Below, piece by piece: positions 37,194-48,610 of a stretch of 60,783 nt of DNA. The notes below the pieces were generated by a model. It made no database searches and was not told the origin of the DNA. It saw only the letters and a program-made list of their open reading frames with translations. The first letter of the stretch is position 1. Every line of letters starts with the position of its first letter. Source of the stretch: Macrostomum lignano (Eukaryota). Both the position numbers and the translations under genes were made by a program. The DNA is taken from positions 1 through 60,783 of the forward strand of contig NIVC01003180.1 of assembly GCA_002269645.1 (NCBI GenBank). The letters are read 5' to 3'.

Positions 37194-37644
37194 GTGAGCT
37201 GACGATCTGTGTGCAGCACATGCGTAGGACAAACATTATAATAGAATTCAAAATCATCTGCAAGCCGATCAGCTGATGATGAATAAACTAATTCCAATCC
37301 TAGCCGCAGCGGAAATTGCTCAGAGCTCTGCGCTTGGGCTGCTGACATTCAGGCCCAGCCACCGGCTCTCTGCCCGTCGCTATGCAGTTCTTGGTAGTTT
37401 GAGATCAGTTTTTATCATATATATTTACAATATAATAACAGTGCGATTCTAATTATCCTTTTCTTAATAACAACTCGGCCGTCAGCCGCCAGAAAGTAAC
37501 CGATTTTTTACGACCTCTGTTGCTAGGAAACATTTGAGCACAGCTGTATTTACTGATTGAACTATATGCGTTTTTTCACCGCCTCGCTACCAGCGTGTTA
37601 AAAACCTGTCATTTTAAACCGAATTTTTAAGGCTCAGGAGCATT

Positions 37645-37985
37645 GGGATTGGGATCTGGCATTGGGATCTGGGATCTAGCATTGAGCTCTGGGATCTGGT
37701 ATTGGGATCTGGGATCTAGCATTGGGATCTGGGATATTGGATCTAGCATTGAAATCTGGGATCTGGCATTGGGATCTGGGATCTAGAATTGGAATCTGAG
37801 ATCTGGAATTGGGATCTGGGATCTAGCATTGGGATCTAGGATCTGGCATTGGGATCTGGGATCTAGAATTGGGATCTAGGATCTGGCATTGGGATCTGGG
37901 ATCTAGAATTGGGATCTGGGATCTAGCATTGGGATCTTGGATCTGGCATTGGGATCTGGGATCAAGCATCGGGATTAGGGATCTA
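37645..37985. repeat. TTGGGATCT(GG/AG)-based compound minisatellite, intron 11
   Basis: 13- and 20-bp subunits built from GGGATCT. Confidence 0.9.
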
Positions 37986-38021
37986 AATTCACCCCCCCCC
38001 CTAATATTTCCCAACGTGCAG

Positions 38022-38562
38022 CAGCCGAATCGCAGCAGCAGCCGCCCCAGTCGCCGCCGCAGCCGTCTTGTCACTCGCGCAGCTTCAGCGGCAGCGGCGC
38101 CGCCCAGCAGTCGGTGAAGTTGCTCGGCCGGCCAATTCCAGTCGCTGTGCCGGAGGTGCCGCCGCAGCAGCCGCCACCGACTCCGCAGCGTGGGGCGCCG
38201 CCGCCGCCACCGAAGCGGGTGACTTCGGTCCGCCGCTGCTCAGGCGACGCCGGCTCCGTCACGCCGTGCGCCTCGCCGAGCACCACGCCGCGCCACCAGG
38301 CGGCCCGGCCGCCAGCCTACGAGAACGCCGCCGCCCTCGCTGATTCGCCCGCACTCGCCCGCCTGGGTGCCGCCGCCTCGGCGATGCCCTTCGCCAACGA
38401 GGACTGCGGCACCATCCGGCACAAGCCGGCCTCCGCTTCCATCGCCGCCGCGGTCGCTTCGCCTCAGTTTGGCCGGGCCGCCCTGTTCCAGCAGCACCGG
38501 CAGCACCAGCACCAGCTGCATCACCAGCTGCAGCACCTGCCCGCCTCGCCAGCCTTTGCCAG
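38022..38562 (+). CDS. CASKIN: Caskin exon 12 (Pro-rich region)
   Basis: Phase 1 acceptor (NAGNAG). PPPPPKR and PFANEDCGTIRHKP resemble the Caskin PFAxExxxTIKQRP motif. Donor AG|GTACG, or stop at 38575 if unspliced. Confidence 0.85.
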
Positions 38563-38660
38563 GTACGATGAATGAAAGATGCTAAATAGATATCATAGCG
38601 GTAATGCGCCAGACTTTTGCGTCCAAAGAGCCTTGCATGATTCACGCCCTTGAGGGCCGG

Positions 38661-39190
38661 GTAGAGTGTACATGTGTGACGATGAGAGAGTCAGGTAGAG
38701 TGTACATGTGTGACGATGAGAGAGTCAGGTAGAGTGTACATGTCTGATGATGAGAGAGTCAGGTAGAGTGTACATGTCTGATGATGAGAGAGTCAGGTAG
38801 AGTGTACATGTCTGATGATGAGAGGTTCAGGTAGAGTGTACATGTCTGATGAGAGTCAGGTAGAGTGTACATGTGTGACGATGAGAGAGTCAGGTAGAGT
38901 GTACATGTGTGACAATGAGAGAGTCAGGTAGAGTATACATGTGTGACGATGAGAGGGTCAGGTAGAGTGTACATGTGTGACGATGAGAGGGTCAGGTAGA
39001 GTGTACATGTGTGACGATGAGAGGGTCAGGTAGAGTGTACATGTGTGATGATGAGAGGTTCAGGTAGAGTGTACATGTGTGACGATGAGAGAGTCAGGTA
39101 GAATGTACATGTGTGACGGTGAGAGAGTCAGGTAGAGTGTACATGTGTGACGGTGAGAGAGTCAGGTAGAGTGTACATGTGTCATGATGA
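38661..39190. repeat. 34-bp minisatellite (GTAGAGTGTACATGTGTGACGATGAGAGAGTCAG), intron 12
   Basis: About 15 units. Confidence 0.95.
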
Positions 39191-39217
39191 GAGGGCGAAC
39201 CGCCCAACAACCTGCAG

Positions 39218-39403
39218 GCGCGTCCCGGCCTCTGCCGCTGCCGCCGCCGCTGCCGCTCCGCCGACGCCAAGCCGCTGGGTGCTGCAGCCGCCGCCGCCTC
39301 GCGAGGACCCGGCCCGAACCTGGACGACATCTGCGGCATGCTGTCCGAGCTGCAGTGCGACCTTGACCGCGAGCTGCAGGAGTTCGGCCAGAGGAAGGGC
39401 TGA
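39218..39403 (+). CDS. CASKIN: Caskin terminal exon 13
   Basis: CCTGCAG| acceptor. The frame ending at TGA 39403 reads NLDDICGMLSELQCDLDRELQEF, the conserved Caskin C-terminal motif. One-base frame conflict with exon 12 (see findings). Confidence 0.8.
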   Translation, partial: ARPGLCRCRRRCRSADAKPLGAAAAAASRGPGPNLDDICGMLSELQCDLDRELQEFGQRKG

Positions 39404-40044
39404 ATTGCAAATGAGTTCAACTCTGTTAATATCCCAGTGCACTTGTTGTGTCATGCTTGTTTTTTACTATCGAAATTCTCCTTTTTACCTGTTTATTTCA
39501 AACCTGACGACCCCCCCCCCTCTCTCTTCATACAGATTTCTCTGTCATTTTTTCATTAGTTTTGTTCATTAGCGTATAATTTAATTGTTAGCTTCGCTTT
39601 CAACGAAATAAGCAGGTAGTTCAAAGTATGCAAAAATGCATTAGATTCTGTTTGTTTGTTTGTTTGTTATCTGTTGTTGTTTTGTTGTTTTTATTGTTTG
39701 TGTGGACCAGAAGTTTGTGGCAGCCATTTCAGTGTTGTGCGTCTATATAACAGTGGCTCGTGTACTGTTTTATAATATTTTCTTTAATTTTTTTCAAACT
39801 TTGACACCTTGTCATTTTAGTAACAGACAGTTTTTGTTAAATATGTGTCAGTCTACACTCTCAATCAACCTTATTTATGTTCTTAGTAATGCTAACACCG
39901 TTATCTGTAAATACTGCCTACTGCTTGTGCTATTTATATTTTATTGATTAATTTTAAATCATTCACTTGTGCTTACAATCAGTGAACTGCTGATCATCAA
40001 GTTCTTGTTCAATTCCCACATCTTCCACATATTCAACTAATTCA

Positions 40045-41265
40045 TCTATCTACCCTGATCTCCCTGTCTATCTACCCTAATCTCCCTGTCTATCTACCCT
40101 TAGATCTCCCTGTCTATCTACCCTGATTTCCCTGTCTATCTACCCTTAGATCTCCCTGTCTATCTACCCTAATCTCCCTGTCTATCTACCCTTAGATCTC
40201 CCAGTCTATCTACCCTGATCTCCCTGTCTATCTACCCTGATCTCCCTGTCTAACTACCCTAATCTCCCTGTCTATCTACCCTTAGATCTCCCTGTCTATC
40301 TACCCTGATCTCCCTGCCTATCTACCCTGATCTCCCTGTCTATCTACCCTAATCTCCCTGTCTATCTACCCTTAGATCTCCCTGTCTATCTAGCCTGATC
40401 TCCCAGTCTATCTACCCTGATCTCCCAGTCTATCTACCCTGATCTCCCTGTCTATCTACCCTAATCTCCCAGTCTATCTACCCTGATCTCCCTGTCTATC
40501 TACCCTGATCTCCCTGTCTATCTACCCTGATCTCCCTGTCTATCTACCCTTATATCTCCCAGTCTATCTACCCTAATCTCCCTGTCTATCTACCCTGATC
40601 TCCCTGTCTATCTACCCTGATCTCCCTGTCTATCTACCCTAATCTCCCAGTCTATCTACCCTGATCTCCCAGTCTATCTACCCTTAGATCTCCCAGTCTA
40701 TCTACCCTGATCTCCCAGTCTATCTACCCTGATCTCCCTGTCTATCTACCCTGATCTCCCTGTCTAACTACCCTAATCTCCCTGTCTATCTACCCTTAGA
40801 TCTCCCTGTCTATCTACCCTGATCTCCCAGTCTATCTACCCTGATCTCCCTGTCTATCTACCCTAATCTCCCAGTCTATCTACCCTGATCTCCCTGTCTA
40901 TCTACCCTGATCTCCCTGTCTATCTACCCTAATCTCCCAGTCTATCTACCCTGATCTCCCAGTCTATCTACCCTTATATCTCCCAGTCTATCTACCCTAA
41001 TCTCCCTGTCTATCTACCCTGATCTCCCTGTCTATCTACCCTGATCTCCCTGTCTATCTACCCTGATCTCCCTGTCTATCTACCCTGATCTCCCTGTCTA
41101 TCTACCCTTATATCTCCCAGTCTATCTAGCCTAATCTCCCTGTCTATCTACCCTGATCTCCCTGTCTATCTACCCTGATCTCCCTGTCTATCTACCCTGA
41201 TCTCCCTGTCTATCTACCCTGATCTCCCTGTCTATCTACCCTGATCTCCCTGTCTATCTACCCTA
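40045..41265. repeat. 22-bp minisatellite (TCTATCTACCCTGATCTCCCTG)
   Basis: About 55 units with 23-bp CCCTTAGA variants, between Caskin and the GST. Confidence 0.95.
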
Positions 41266-41926
41266 GTCTTGCCTGTCCCCGCTTGCAATCAATCTAGTCT
41301 GTCTACACGCTGAGCCGCACCCCCCCCTGTACAGTTGCCCAAGTCTGTGCTTGCAGCCAGACAGGCAGTTTCGAACTCGAATTACCCCAGTCACCCATTG
41401 GCAACTGCACCTGGCATGCGAAACAGTCTGTTTTTAAACACTTTAACTCTTGTCTTCTATTTGCTTCTCTGCCCACTAGAAGTTGTCACTGTTAAAAACT
41501 ACAATTATTAAATGTTTATTGCACTTGTTGAGCGCACAGATTCTCAGTTGATGTTTCAGAAACCCAGAAGCTGTTGTAAATACTCGATCGGTAGCAATCC
41601 TTTTTGTTTACCTAAAATGCGGAACAGTTTAACAAAATATAGCAATTTTTTGAAGCGCAGACTGCAACTGTCTCTGCCTGAATGCTTGCGGCCCTAATAA
41701 AGCTGTCCTGTTTATCCGTTTCATTCTAGAAGCAAAGACTTTACCTGGTGACTTTTTGGCTTTTTCAATTTCTCTTCTATTAATATTCTTTGACATTATT
41801 ATAGGTTTTGTTACAGTCCCACTTAAATTTACTCTACTGGCTACTGTCAGTAACAAGACTCGAATTTTGTACTCATTTTTCAGCTTGTTCAAGTTTAACG
41901 AAAAACCTCCACAGCCAAATTCGAAT

Positions 41927-41948
41927 ATGGTATATCACTACAAAACTG
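41927..41948 (+). CDS. Omega-like glutathione S-transferase, exon 1
   Basis: ATG GTA TAT CAC TAC AAA ACT G|GTAAAT. Joined in phase 1 it gives MVYHYKTGDARPELP, like the HLxxGxxxP N-terminus of invertebrate omega GSTs. Confidence 0.75.
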
Positions 41949-41992
41949 GTAAATCTTTTCTGTTAATTTGGGGTGTATTCTGGATGGAGAGG

Positions 41993-42718
41993 AGAGGCTG
42001 GTATCAGATGGCAACTCGACAGTATAAAATGATGGAGAGGAGAGGCTGGAAGCACATGGCAACTCGGATTATCATGCAAATGATGGAGAGAAGAGGCTGG
42101 AAGCTGATGGCAACTCGGCAGTACAAAGGATGGAGAGGAGAGGCTGGAAGCAGATGGCAACTCGGCAGTACAAGGGATGGAGCGGAGAGGCTGGAAGCAG
42201 ATGGCAACTCGGCTGCAAATGACGGAGAGGAGAGGCTGGAAGCAGATGGCAACTCGGCAGTACAAAGGATGGAGAGGAGAGGCTGGAAGCAGATGGCAAC
42301 TCGGCAGTACAAAGGATGGAGAGGAGAGGCTGGAAGCAGATGGCAACTCGGCAGTACAAGGGATGGAGCGGAGAGGCTAGAAGCAGATGGCAGCTCGGTA
42401 GCAAAGGATGGAGAGGAGAGGCTGGAAGCAGATGGCAGCTCGGTAGCAAAGGATGGAGCGGAGAGGCTAGAAGCAGATGGCAGCTCGGTAGCAAAGGATG
42501 GAGAGGAGAGGCTGGAAGCAGATGGCAGCTCGGTAGCAAAGGATGGAGAGGGGAGGCTGGAAGCAGATGGCAGCTCGGTAGCAAAGGATGGAGAGGGGAG
42601 GCTGGAAGCAGATGGCAGCTCGGTAGCAAAGGATGGAGAGGAGAGGCTGGAAGCAGATGGCAGCTCGGTAGCAAAGGATGGAGAGGAGAGGCTGGAAGCA
42701 GATGGCAACTCGGCAGCA
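41993..42718. repeat. 45-47 bp minisatellite (GGATGGAGAGGAGAGGCTGGAAGCAGATGGCA...), GST intron 1
   Basis: About 16 units, occupying most of the 907-bp intron. Confidence 0.92.
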
Positions 42719-42855
42719 AATATTTAGGGTTGGGCGAGGCTTATGCAGAGTAACAGAGCCAGTAGGCACGAATTAAAATGTGTCACCACTATTGTCTACT
42801 TTTAGTAGGCGAGCATGTTTTCCATTCTAAATTTTATTGTCTAAAAAATCTGCAG

Positions 42856-43538
42856 GCGACGCCCGCCCGGAGCTGCCAGCCGGCGAGGACGCCCTGGTGC
42901 TGTTCGAATCGAAATTCTGCCCGTTCTGCCAGCGGGTGGTCCTGGCGCTGAACCAGCGCGGCATTCCCTACCAGTCGGTGTACATCAACTTGTCCGCCAA
43001 GCCCGAATGGTTCGCCGAAATCAACCCAGGCGGCAAGGTGCCCGTGCTGATGATGGGGTCTCAGAGGCTGGTCGACTCCCTCATGATCTGCCGCTACGTT
43101 GACGAGCTGCCATCTGGCGGCGTCTCGGAGGCCCAGCTGTGCAGCAACGCGGATGCCGAGCGGCTGGCCCTGGCCTGGCTGGGCGAGTTCTTCCCGCCCA
43201 TGCACGACCTCATGACTCGGCCGGATGAGGCTCCGGAGAAGCTGGAGCAGGTGACGGCCGCCATGCGCCAGTTCGGCGAGCGCCTCGGCCCCAAGCCTTT
43301 CATTGGCGGCGCTCAGAGTGTCGGCCTGGCCGACCTGATCGCCTATCCGGCCGTTGCCATAGCAACCGGTCTGGCCAGCGTGCTTGACTGTCCGGAGCCG
43401 GCTGCCAGCGATACGGCTCTGGCCGGCTGGCTGTCTGAGATGCAGGCAGTGAAGGCGACGTCGGCGGCCACCAAGCCGGTCGAATGGGGCGCCTTTCTCA
43501 AGAGCCTGCGCGCCGGCAACCCGGACTACTCAGTGTGA
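42856..43538 (+). CDS. Omega-like glutathione S-transferase, exon 2
   Basis: TCTGCAG|GC. FCPFCQRVVLAL...INLSAKPEWF...NPGGKVPVL...DSLMICRYVDE and GLADLIAYP match the omega-class GST fold motifs. Confidence 0.9.
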
Positions 43539-43689
43539 GCTGGCCAGCCTCCCAGCGCTGGCTTCATCAGCACCTGAGTTCAGCTATTTTTCAAGACTGT
43601 ACTGTTATAGGATATGAAACATGAATTATTTTTTGTTACTTGGAGTTTAGTGGAGTTGTAGCCATGGAAACTAAAAGGTACAGTGTCTA

Positions 43690-44050
43690 GTCCTGTTGGT
43701 ACATCGGTAGTGCAGTATCCATGGTAACTAGTCCTGTTGCTATATGGGTAGTGCAGTATCCATGGTAACTAGCCCTGTTTCTATATGGGTAGTGCAGTAT
43801 CCATGGTAACTAGTCCTGTTGCTATATGGGTAGTGCAGTATCCATGGTAACTAGTCATGTTGCTATATGGGTAGTGCAGTATCCATGGTAACTAGCCCTG
43901 TTGCTATATGGGTAGTGCAGTATCCATGGTAACTAGCCCTGTTGCTATATGGGTAGTGCAGTAGCCATGGTAACTAGCCCTGTTGCTAGTTGGGTAGGGC
44001 AGTATCCATGGTAACTAGTCCTATTGCTGTAGTGAATGTCGTATCCATGG
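43690..44050. repeat. 41-bp minisatellite (CCATGGTAACTAGYCCTGTTGCTATATGGGTAGTGCAGTAT)
   Basis: About 8 units, decaying towards the 3' end. Confidence 0.9.
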
Positions 44051-45113
44051 TAACTAATCCGGTTGCTTTTTGGACTATTTCGTTTCCATAGTAACAAATC
44101 CTGTTGCTATACAGGGAGGCCTGTATTCATAGTGACTAGTTGCTATGGGGGGCATATCCAGAGTAAACTGGTTCTCTAGCTACATTATAACAGTTTTATA
44201 AATTTTTAGGAACGGGTCGTATCCATGGTAACAACTATTTTCAATTTACCATTTTCTTAGTTCTAAAAACAGAGATGCTTTGCAGATGGATGTTTTTGTC
44301 GGCAATCAAATTTATGCGGTAACTACTGACTGATAGATCAGTTTGTTGTTTGCTTTCCGTGTGTCTAAAAACATTAGATATTAATATAAATTGTTGTTTT
44401 CATTCACAATCGTATTATATTCCAGATTGCGCTGCAAATGAGGATTTTCTAGCATCCGGTTTTGCAGCTGCAAGCTTTTTTGTGGAATTTTTTCTTATTT
44501 TAATTGCAATTTTTCAGCTACTCACTACTAATTAGTAGTTTGCGCGCTTTCTAACAAAGCTTCGAAATTGTATTTCTAACTTTTTTTGTTGTTTATTAGT
44601 TAATTTAACTGTTATTCTATTTTCAGTAGGAAGCAGTGCAAATGAACATAAAATTATATTATTTATATTAAAAACGCTTCCGTCTGGCTTTGAGCAGTTA
44701 TAGTTGAGTAGATAAGTAGTGTGAGCCGCAGACCCCATTGATCATCTTATAAGACAATTAATTATATTGCCACCCGTTTACTGCGGTCCAGTTGTTTGTT
44801 GTCTGCTAATTGTAGTTCAAGCTGGCACTATGTCGAATAACAATATACTCGTATATTATATTTAATAATGGACTGGCTCTACTAAACAGTCAGAGGATAA
44901 TCATTGAATTGATTACGTAATCGTTTTATTTATGACGAAATTTCATTTCTACGAATAAGCTTTGATTGATAGATTTGACACGGATTGACACGGAGAGATT
45001 GCGCTTAGTTCGTATCGTATGTAGTTATTTTATGTGTGAATCGACACTTCGAACGCATGGAGTGCATGTTAGCTCTGCCAAATCATTGGCTATCGAGGCT
45101 TGCTTCAGAGATC

Positions 45114-46029
45114 CTAGCGTAGCGTCACGACCAGCTTGTCAGCAAGGCGGAACTCGTCTCAAGCGGCACGTCCGGCTGCGTGCTGTACACCAGCTGCGGC
45201 GGCCAGGTCATGTTGCCGCCGGCCCAGTCGACAGTGCAGCCGTCGGTTACGTCGAGAGCTACGAGTACCATGAGTACAAGATCACCCGGGCAGCCGCCGT
45301 AATAATAGTGAATTAACCAGCGACGCTGTTCACTAGCATCGCCAGCAATGCTGAAGAAGTGGAAGGTCCTGCTGGCGAGGTCGGTGACGGGCCAGCTGGC
45401 CTTCAGCCGGTCCCGAGAGAACCAGCTGGTCCTGTTCAGCTCGTTAGGCGACGCCGAGAGGTCGAAGGTGACCTTCAGGACGACAGAGGCGGCGACAGAG
45501 AGCTGGACGACGGCCTCCTTGAAGGTGAGCTTCGGCGCTACGGTGGGCAGCTGGTCGATGGCGCTGGCGCGGAACAGGTCGGGCAGGAGGCTGGCGGACC
45601 CGGGCGTACCCTGGACGGCGGAGCCGTTGCTGCGGCTCGGCGAGTCGACCAGATCGAACGACTTGACGCCGACGCCCGCTCGGATGCTCAGCGCGAGGAA
45701 GCCGCGCTCGGCGACGTCGCAGGACACAAGGCAGCGGCCTCCCGCCGAGGCCGAGACGGGGCAGGCGGCGAAGTCGCCACAGTCAGTCGGGCGACGCTCG
45801 CAGACACCGGAGTCGGCGTCCCACGTGACCGACTCGCCCGCGGTGGCTCCGTCGGCTGCGGCAGGTCCGGCCGGAAGCAGCCGCGGACGCCTTGGCTGGC
45901 GCTGGCGACTCGAGCCGGCGGCTCGCAGATCGATGCGAACTGCGACTCCGTGAAGCAGCCGGGCTGTCCGGCCCCGGCGCCCAGCAGCAGCGCCAGGCAC
46001 GTCAGGAGCGGCACCCTCGCATGCGCCAT
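45114..46029 (-). pseudogene. Secreted Cys-rich protein paralogue A, two single-base frameshifts (pseudogene or sequencing error)
   Basis: Signal peptide MAHARVPLLTCLALLLGAGAG. Paralogous to B and C throughout. 1-nt loss at about 45850 (GG vs GGG) and another at about 45150. The corrected C-terminus reads LADKLVVTLR* (TAG at 45114-45116). Confidence 0.75.
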
Positions 46030-46862
46030 GTCTGTCGTACAGTGGATTACGTTAGAATCAACTTAAAGCAGTTTTCCTCTCTACCCATTCTTCCGCATAT
46101 ATTACGAGCGTATACCTGCCAGCTTCCCCACCGGCCCTGTGCTGCTTGGCAGTTCGTAAACAGGCAGACTCATTGCTTGGTTAATAATTTAAGAAGGCTT
46201 GCAGGAAACGCACCTGCTGGGTACCAATTATAAAATTGCTTGGGGTAAGCACTGCGTTTCCATGGAAACATGCGGACGCACTTCTATGGCGTCTTGTTGC
46301 AAGAGTTAAGCTGTGGTTCAATTTGCATTGGAATTTTGAGGGAGAGCCGACTGAGCCCAAGCCTTGTATGCCTGAATACGGCTTCCACTTTAAGCAGCTC
46401 ATTGTGTGACTAGCCCGTTACCTGCAGGATATTTGACGACTGCAGGAAATTTTGAAAGCGTCACAAAAATCCTCTTTGCTTTTTGCAAAAATCTAAGTTA
46501 CCCAAGTTGACTCACCTTTAGTGTCAAACGCAATTGTTTGCTGATAACTGAGTAGTGAATTCGTTTCTCCTACCGAGGAAATTTGCGGAAGAATTGCGCT
46601 GGCCCCGTCACCATAGAAACGGCGTGTTTTGATAGCCTTTAGCGGAAATTTGAGTAAACAGACCGGCACTCTGAGCACCTTACTGAGCTGCTCAGCCCGG
46701 CTCAACACGTTTTACTTGCTAGAGAATCCCCCTCTGGCCAGAGTGTGCAGTTAACTGGGAAGTTAACTGGGTCAGGTATAAGAGATCAAACATGGCCGCT
46801 TTTTTGTTCCCTCGTTGTTTTCGCACTGCTGCTTTTCACCAGTTGAAAATTTGTCTGCAAAA

Positions 46863-47768
46863 ATGATTGCGCCACTCTTGACGTGCTTGGTGCTGCTGGT
46901 GGGCGCCGCTGCTGAGCCCGGCTGCTTCACGGAGTCGCAGTTCGCCTCGATCTGCGAGCCGCCGGTTCGAGTCGCCAGCGGCAGCCAAGGCGTCCGCGGC
47001 TGCTTCCGGCCAGACCTGCCGCAGCCGACGGGAGCCGCCGCGGGCGAGTCGGTCACGTGGGACGCCGACTCCGGTGTCTGCGAGCGTCGCCCGACCGACT
47101 GCGGCGACTTCGCCGCCTGCCCCGTCTCGGCCTCGGCAGGGGGCCGCTGCCTCGTGTCCTGCGACGTCGCCGAGCGCGGCTTCCTCGCGCTGAGCATCCG
47201 AGCGGGCGTCGGCGTCAAGTCGTTCGATCTGGTCGACTCGCCGAGCCGCAGCAACGGCTCCGCCGTCCAGGGCACACCCGGGTCCGCCAGCCTCCTGCCC
47301 GACCTGTTCCGCGCCAGCGCCATCGACCAGCTGCCCACCGTAGCGCCGAAGCTCACCTTCAAGGAGGCCGTCGTCCAGCTCTCTGTCGCCGACTCCGTCG
47401 TTGTGAAGGTCACCTTCGACCTCTCAGCGTCGCCTCACGAGCTAAACAGGACCAACTGGTTCTCTCGGGACCGGCTGAAGGCCAGCTGGCCCGTCACCGA
47501 CCTCGCCAGAAAGAGCTTTAACTACTTCAGCATTGGGGGTCATGTCAAGCGTAAACTTGAGCGCCGTTGGTTCATCAATTATGCTTACGGCGGCTGCAAC
47601 AGAGACCGCGGCCTCATGGTGGCTCTCGACATAACCGACGGCTGCGCTGCCTCCTGGGGCAACGGCAGTGTGACCTCGCCGCCGCGGCTGGTGTACAGCA
47701 CGCAGTCGGATGTGGCGTTTAAGAGCAGTTTCCAGCTTGCTGACAGGCTGGCCGTGACCCTACGCTGA
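46863..47768 (+). CDS. Secreted Cys-rich protein paralogue B, intronless, 301 aa, function unknown
   Basis: MIAPLLTCLVLLVGAAA signal peptide. Intact ORF with GC-rich codon usage like the other genes here. Confidence 0.85.
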   Translation: MIAPLLTCLVLLVGAAAEPGCFTESQFASICEPPVRVASGSQGVRGCFRPDLPQPTGAAAGESVTWDADSGVCERRPTDCGDFAACPVSASAGGRCLVSCDVAERGFLALSIRAGVGVKSFDLVDSPSRSNGSAVQGTPGSASLLPDLFRASAIDQLPTVAPKLTFKEAVVQLSVADSVVVKVTFDLSASPHELNRTNWFSRDRLKASWPVTDLARKSFNYFSIGGHVKRKLERRWFINYAYGGCNRDRGLMVALDITDGCAASWGNGSVTSPPRLVYSTQSDVAFKSSFQLADRLAVTLR

Positions 47769-48127
47769 GCTGCCTGAAACCAGTGTGAGCTGGCAGTGCA
47801 GAGGGTGGCTGCTGCTGGCAGTGTTATCCATTTTAGACCGAATGTTTTGCAATCCGAAACTTGCGCACAATGCACAGTAATGCTCTTTCTGTCTTAAATT
47901 CTGAGCCCGGCTGCAATTTAGTCTAAAGAATTCCTTGCTATCCAGTCAGTTTATTATCAGTAGAACGAAGTTTCATCTTTGAGGAAATATATTTCAGATG
48001 TGGTGACTGTGGTCGGCTTGGAAGCTCGGCCTCAGTACTATAAATTTGACGCAAATGAGTTTTATTTAGACTTTGGGACACGATGAGTGAAGCCCGCAAA
48101 TCCATAGGCGTTGGGACGCGATGGGTG

Positions 48128-48610
48128 AAGCCTGGAGGAGATCCAGAGGCGTTGGGACGTGCAGAGGGAAGCCTGGAGAGATCCAGAGGCGTTGGGACGT
48201 GCAGAGGGAAGCCTGGAGGAGATCCAGAGGCGTTGGGACGTGCAGAGGGAAGCCTGGAGGAGATCCAGAGGCGTTGGGACGTGCAGAGGGAAGCCTGGAG
48301 GAGATCCAGAGGCGTTGGGACGTGCACAGGGAAGCCTGGAGAGATCCAGAGGCGTTGGGACGTGCACAGGGAAGCCTGAAGAGATCCAGAGGCGTTGGGA
48401 CGTGCACAGGGAAGCCTGGAGAGATCCAGATAGGCGTTGGGACGTGCAGAGGGAAGCCTGGAGAGATCCAGAGGCGTTGCGACGTGCAGAGGGAAGCCTG
48501 GAGGAGATCCAGAGGCGTTGCGACGTGCAGAGGGAAGCCTGGAGGAGATCCAGAGGCGTTGGGACGTGCAGAGGGAAGCCTGGAGGAGATCCAGAGGCGT
48601 TGCGACGTGC
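48128..48610. repeat. 40/41-bp minisatellite (GCCTGGAGGAGATCCAGAGGCGTTGGGACGTGCAGAGGGAA)
   Basis: About 12 units between paralogues B and C. Confidence 0.93.
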
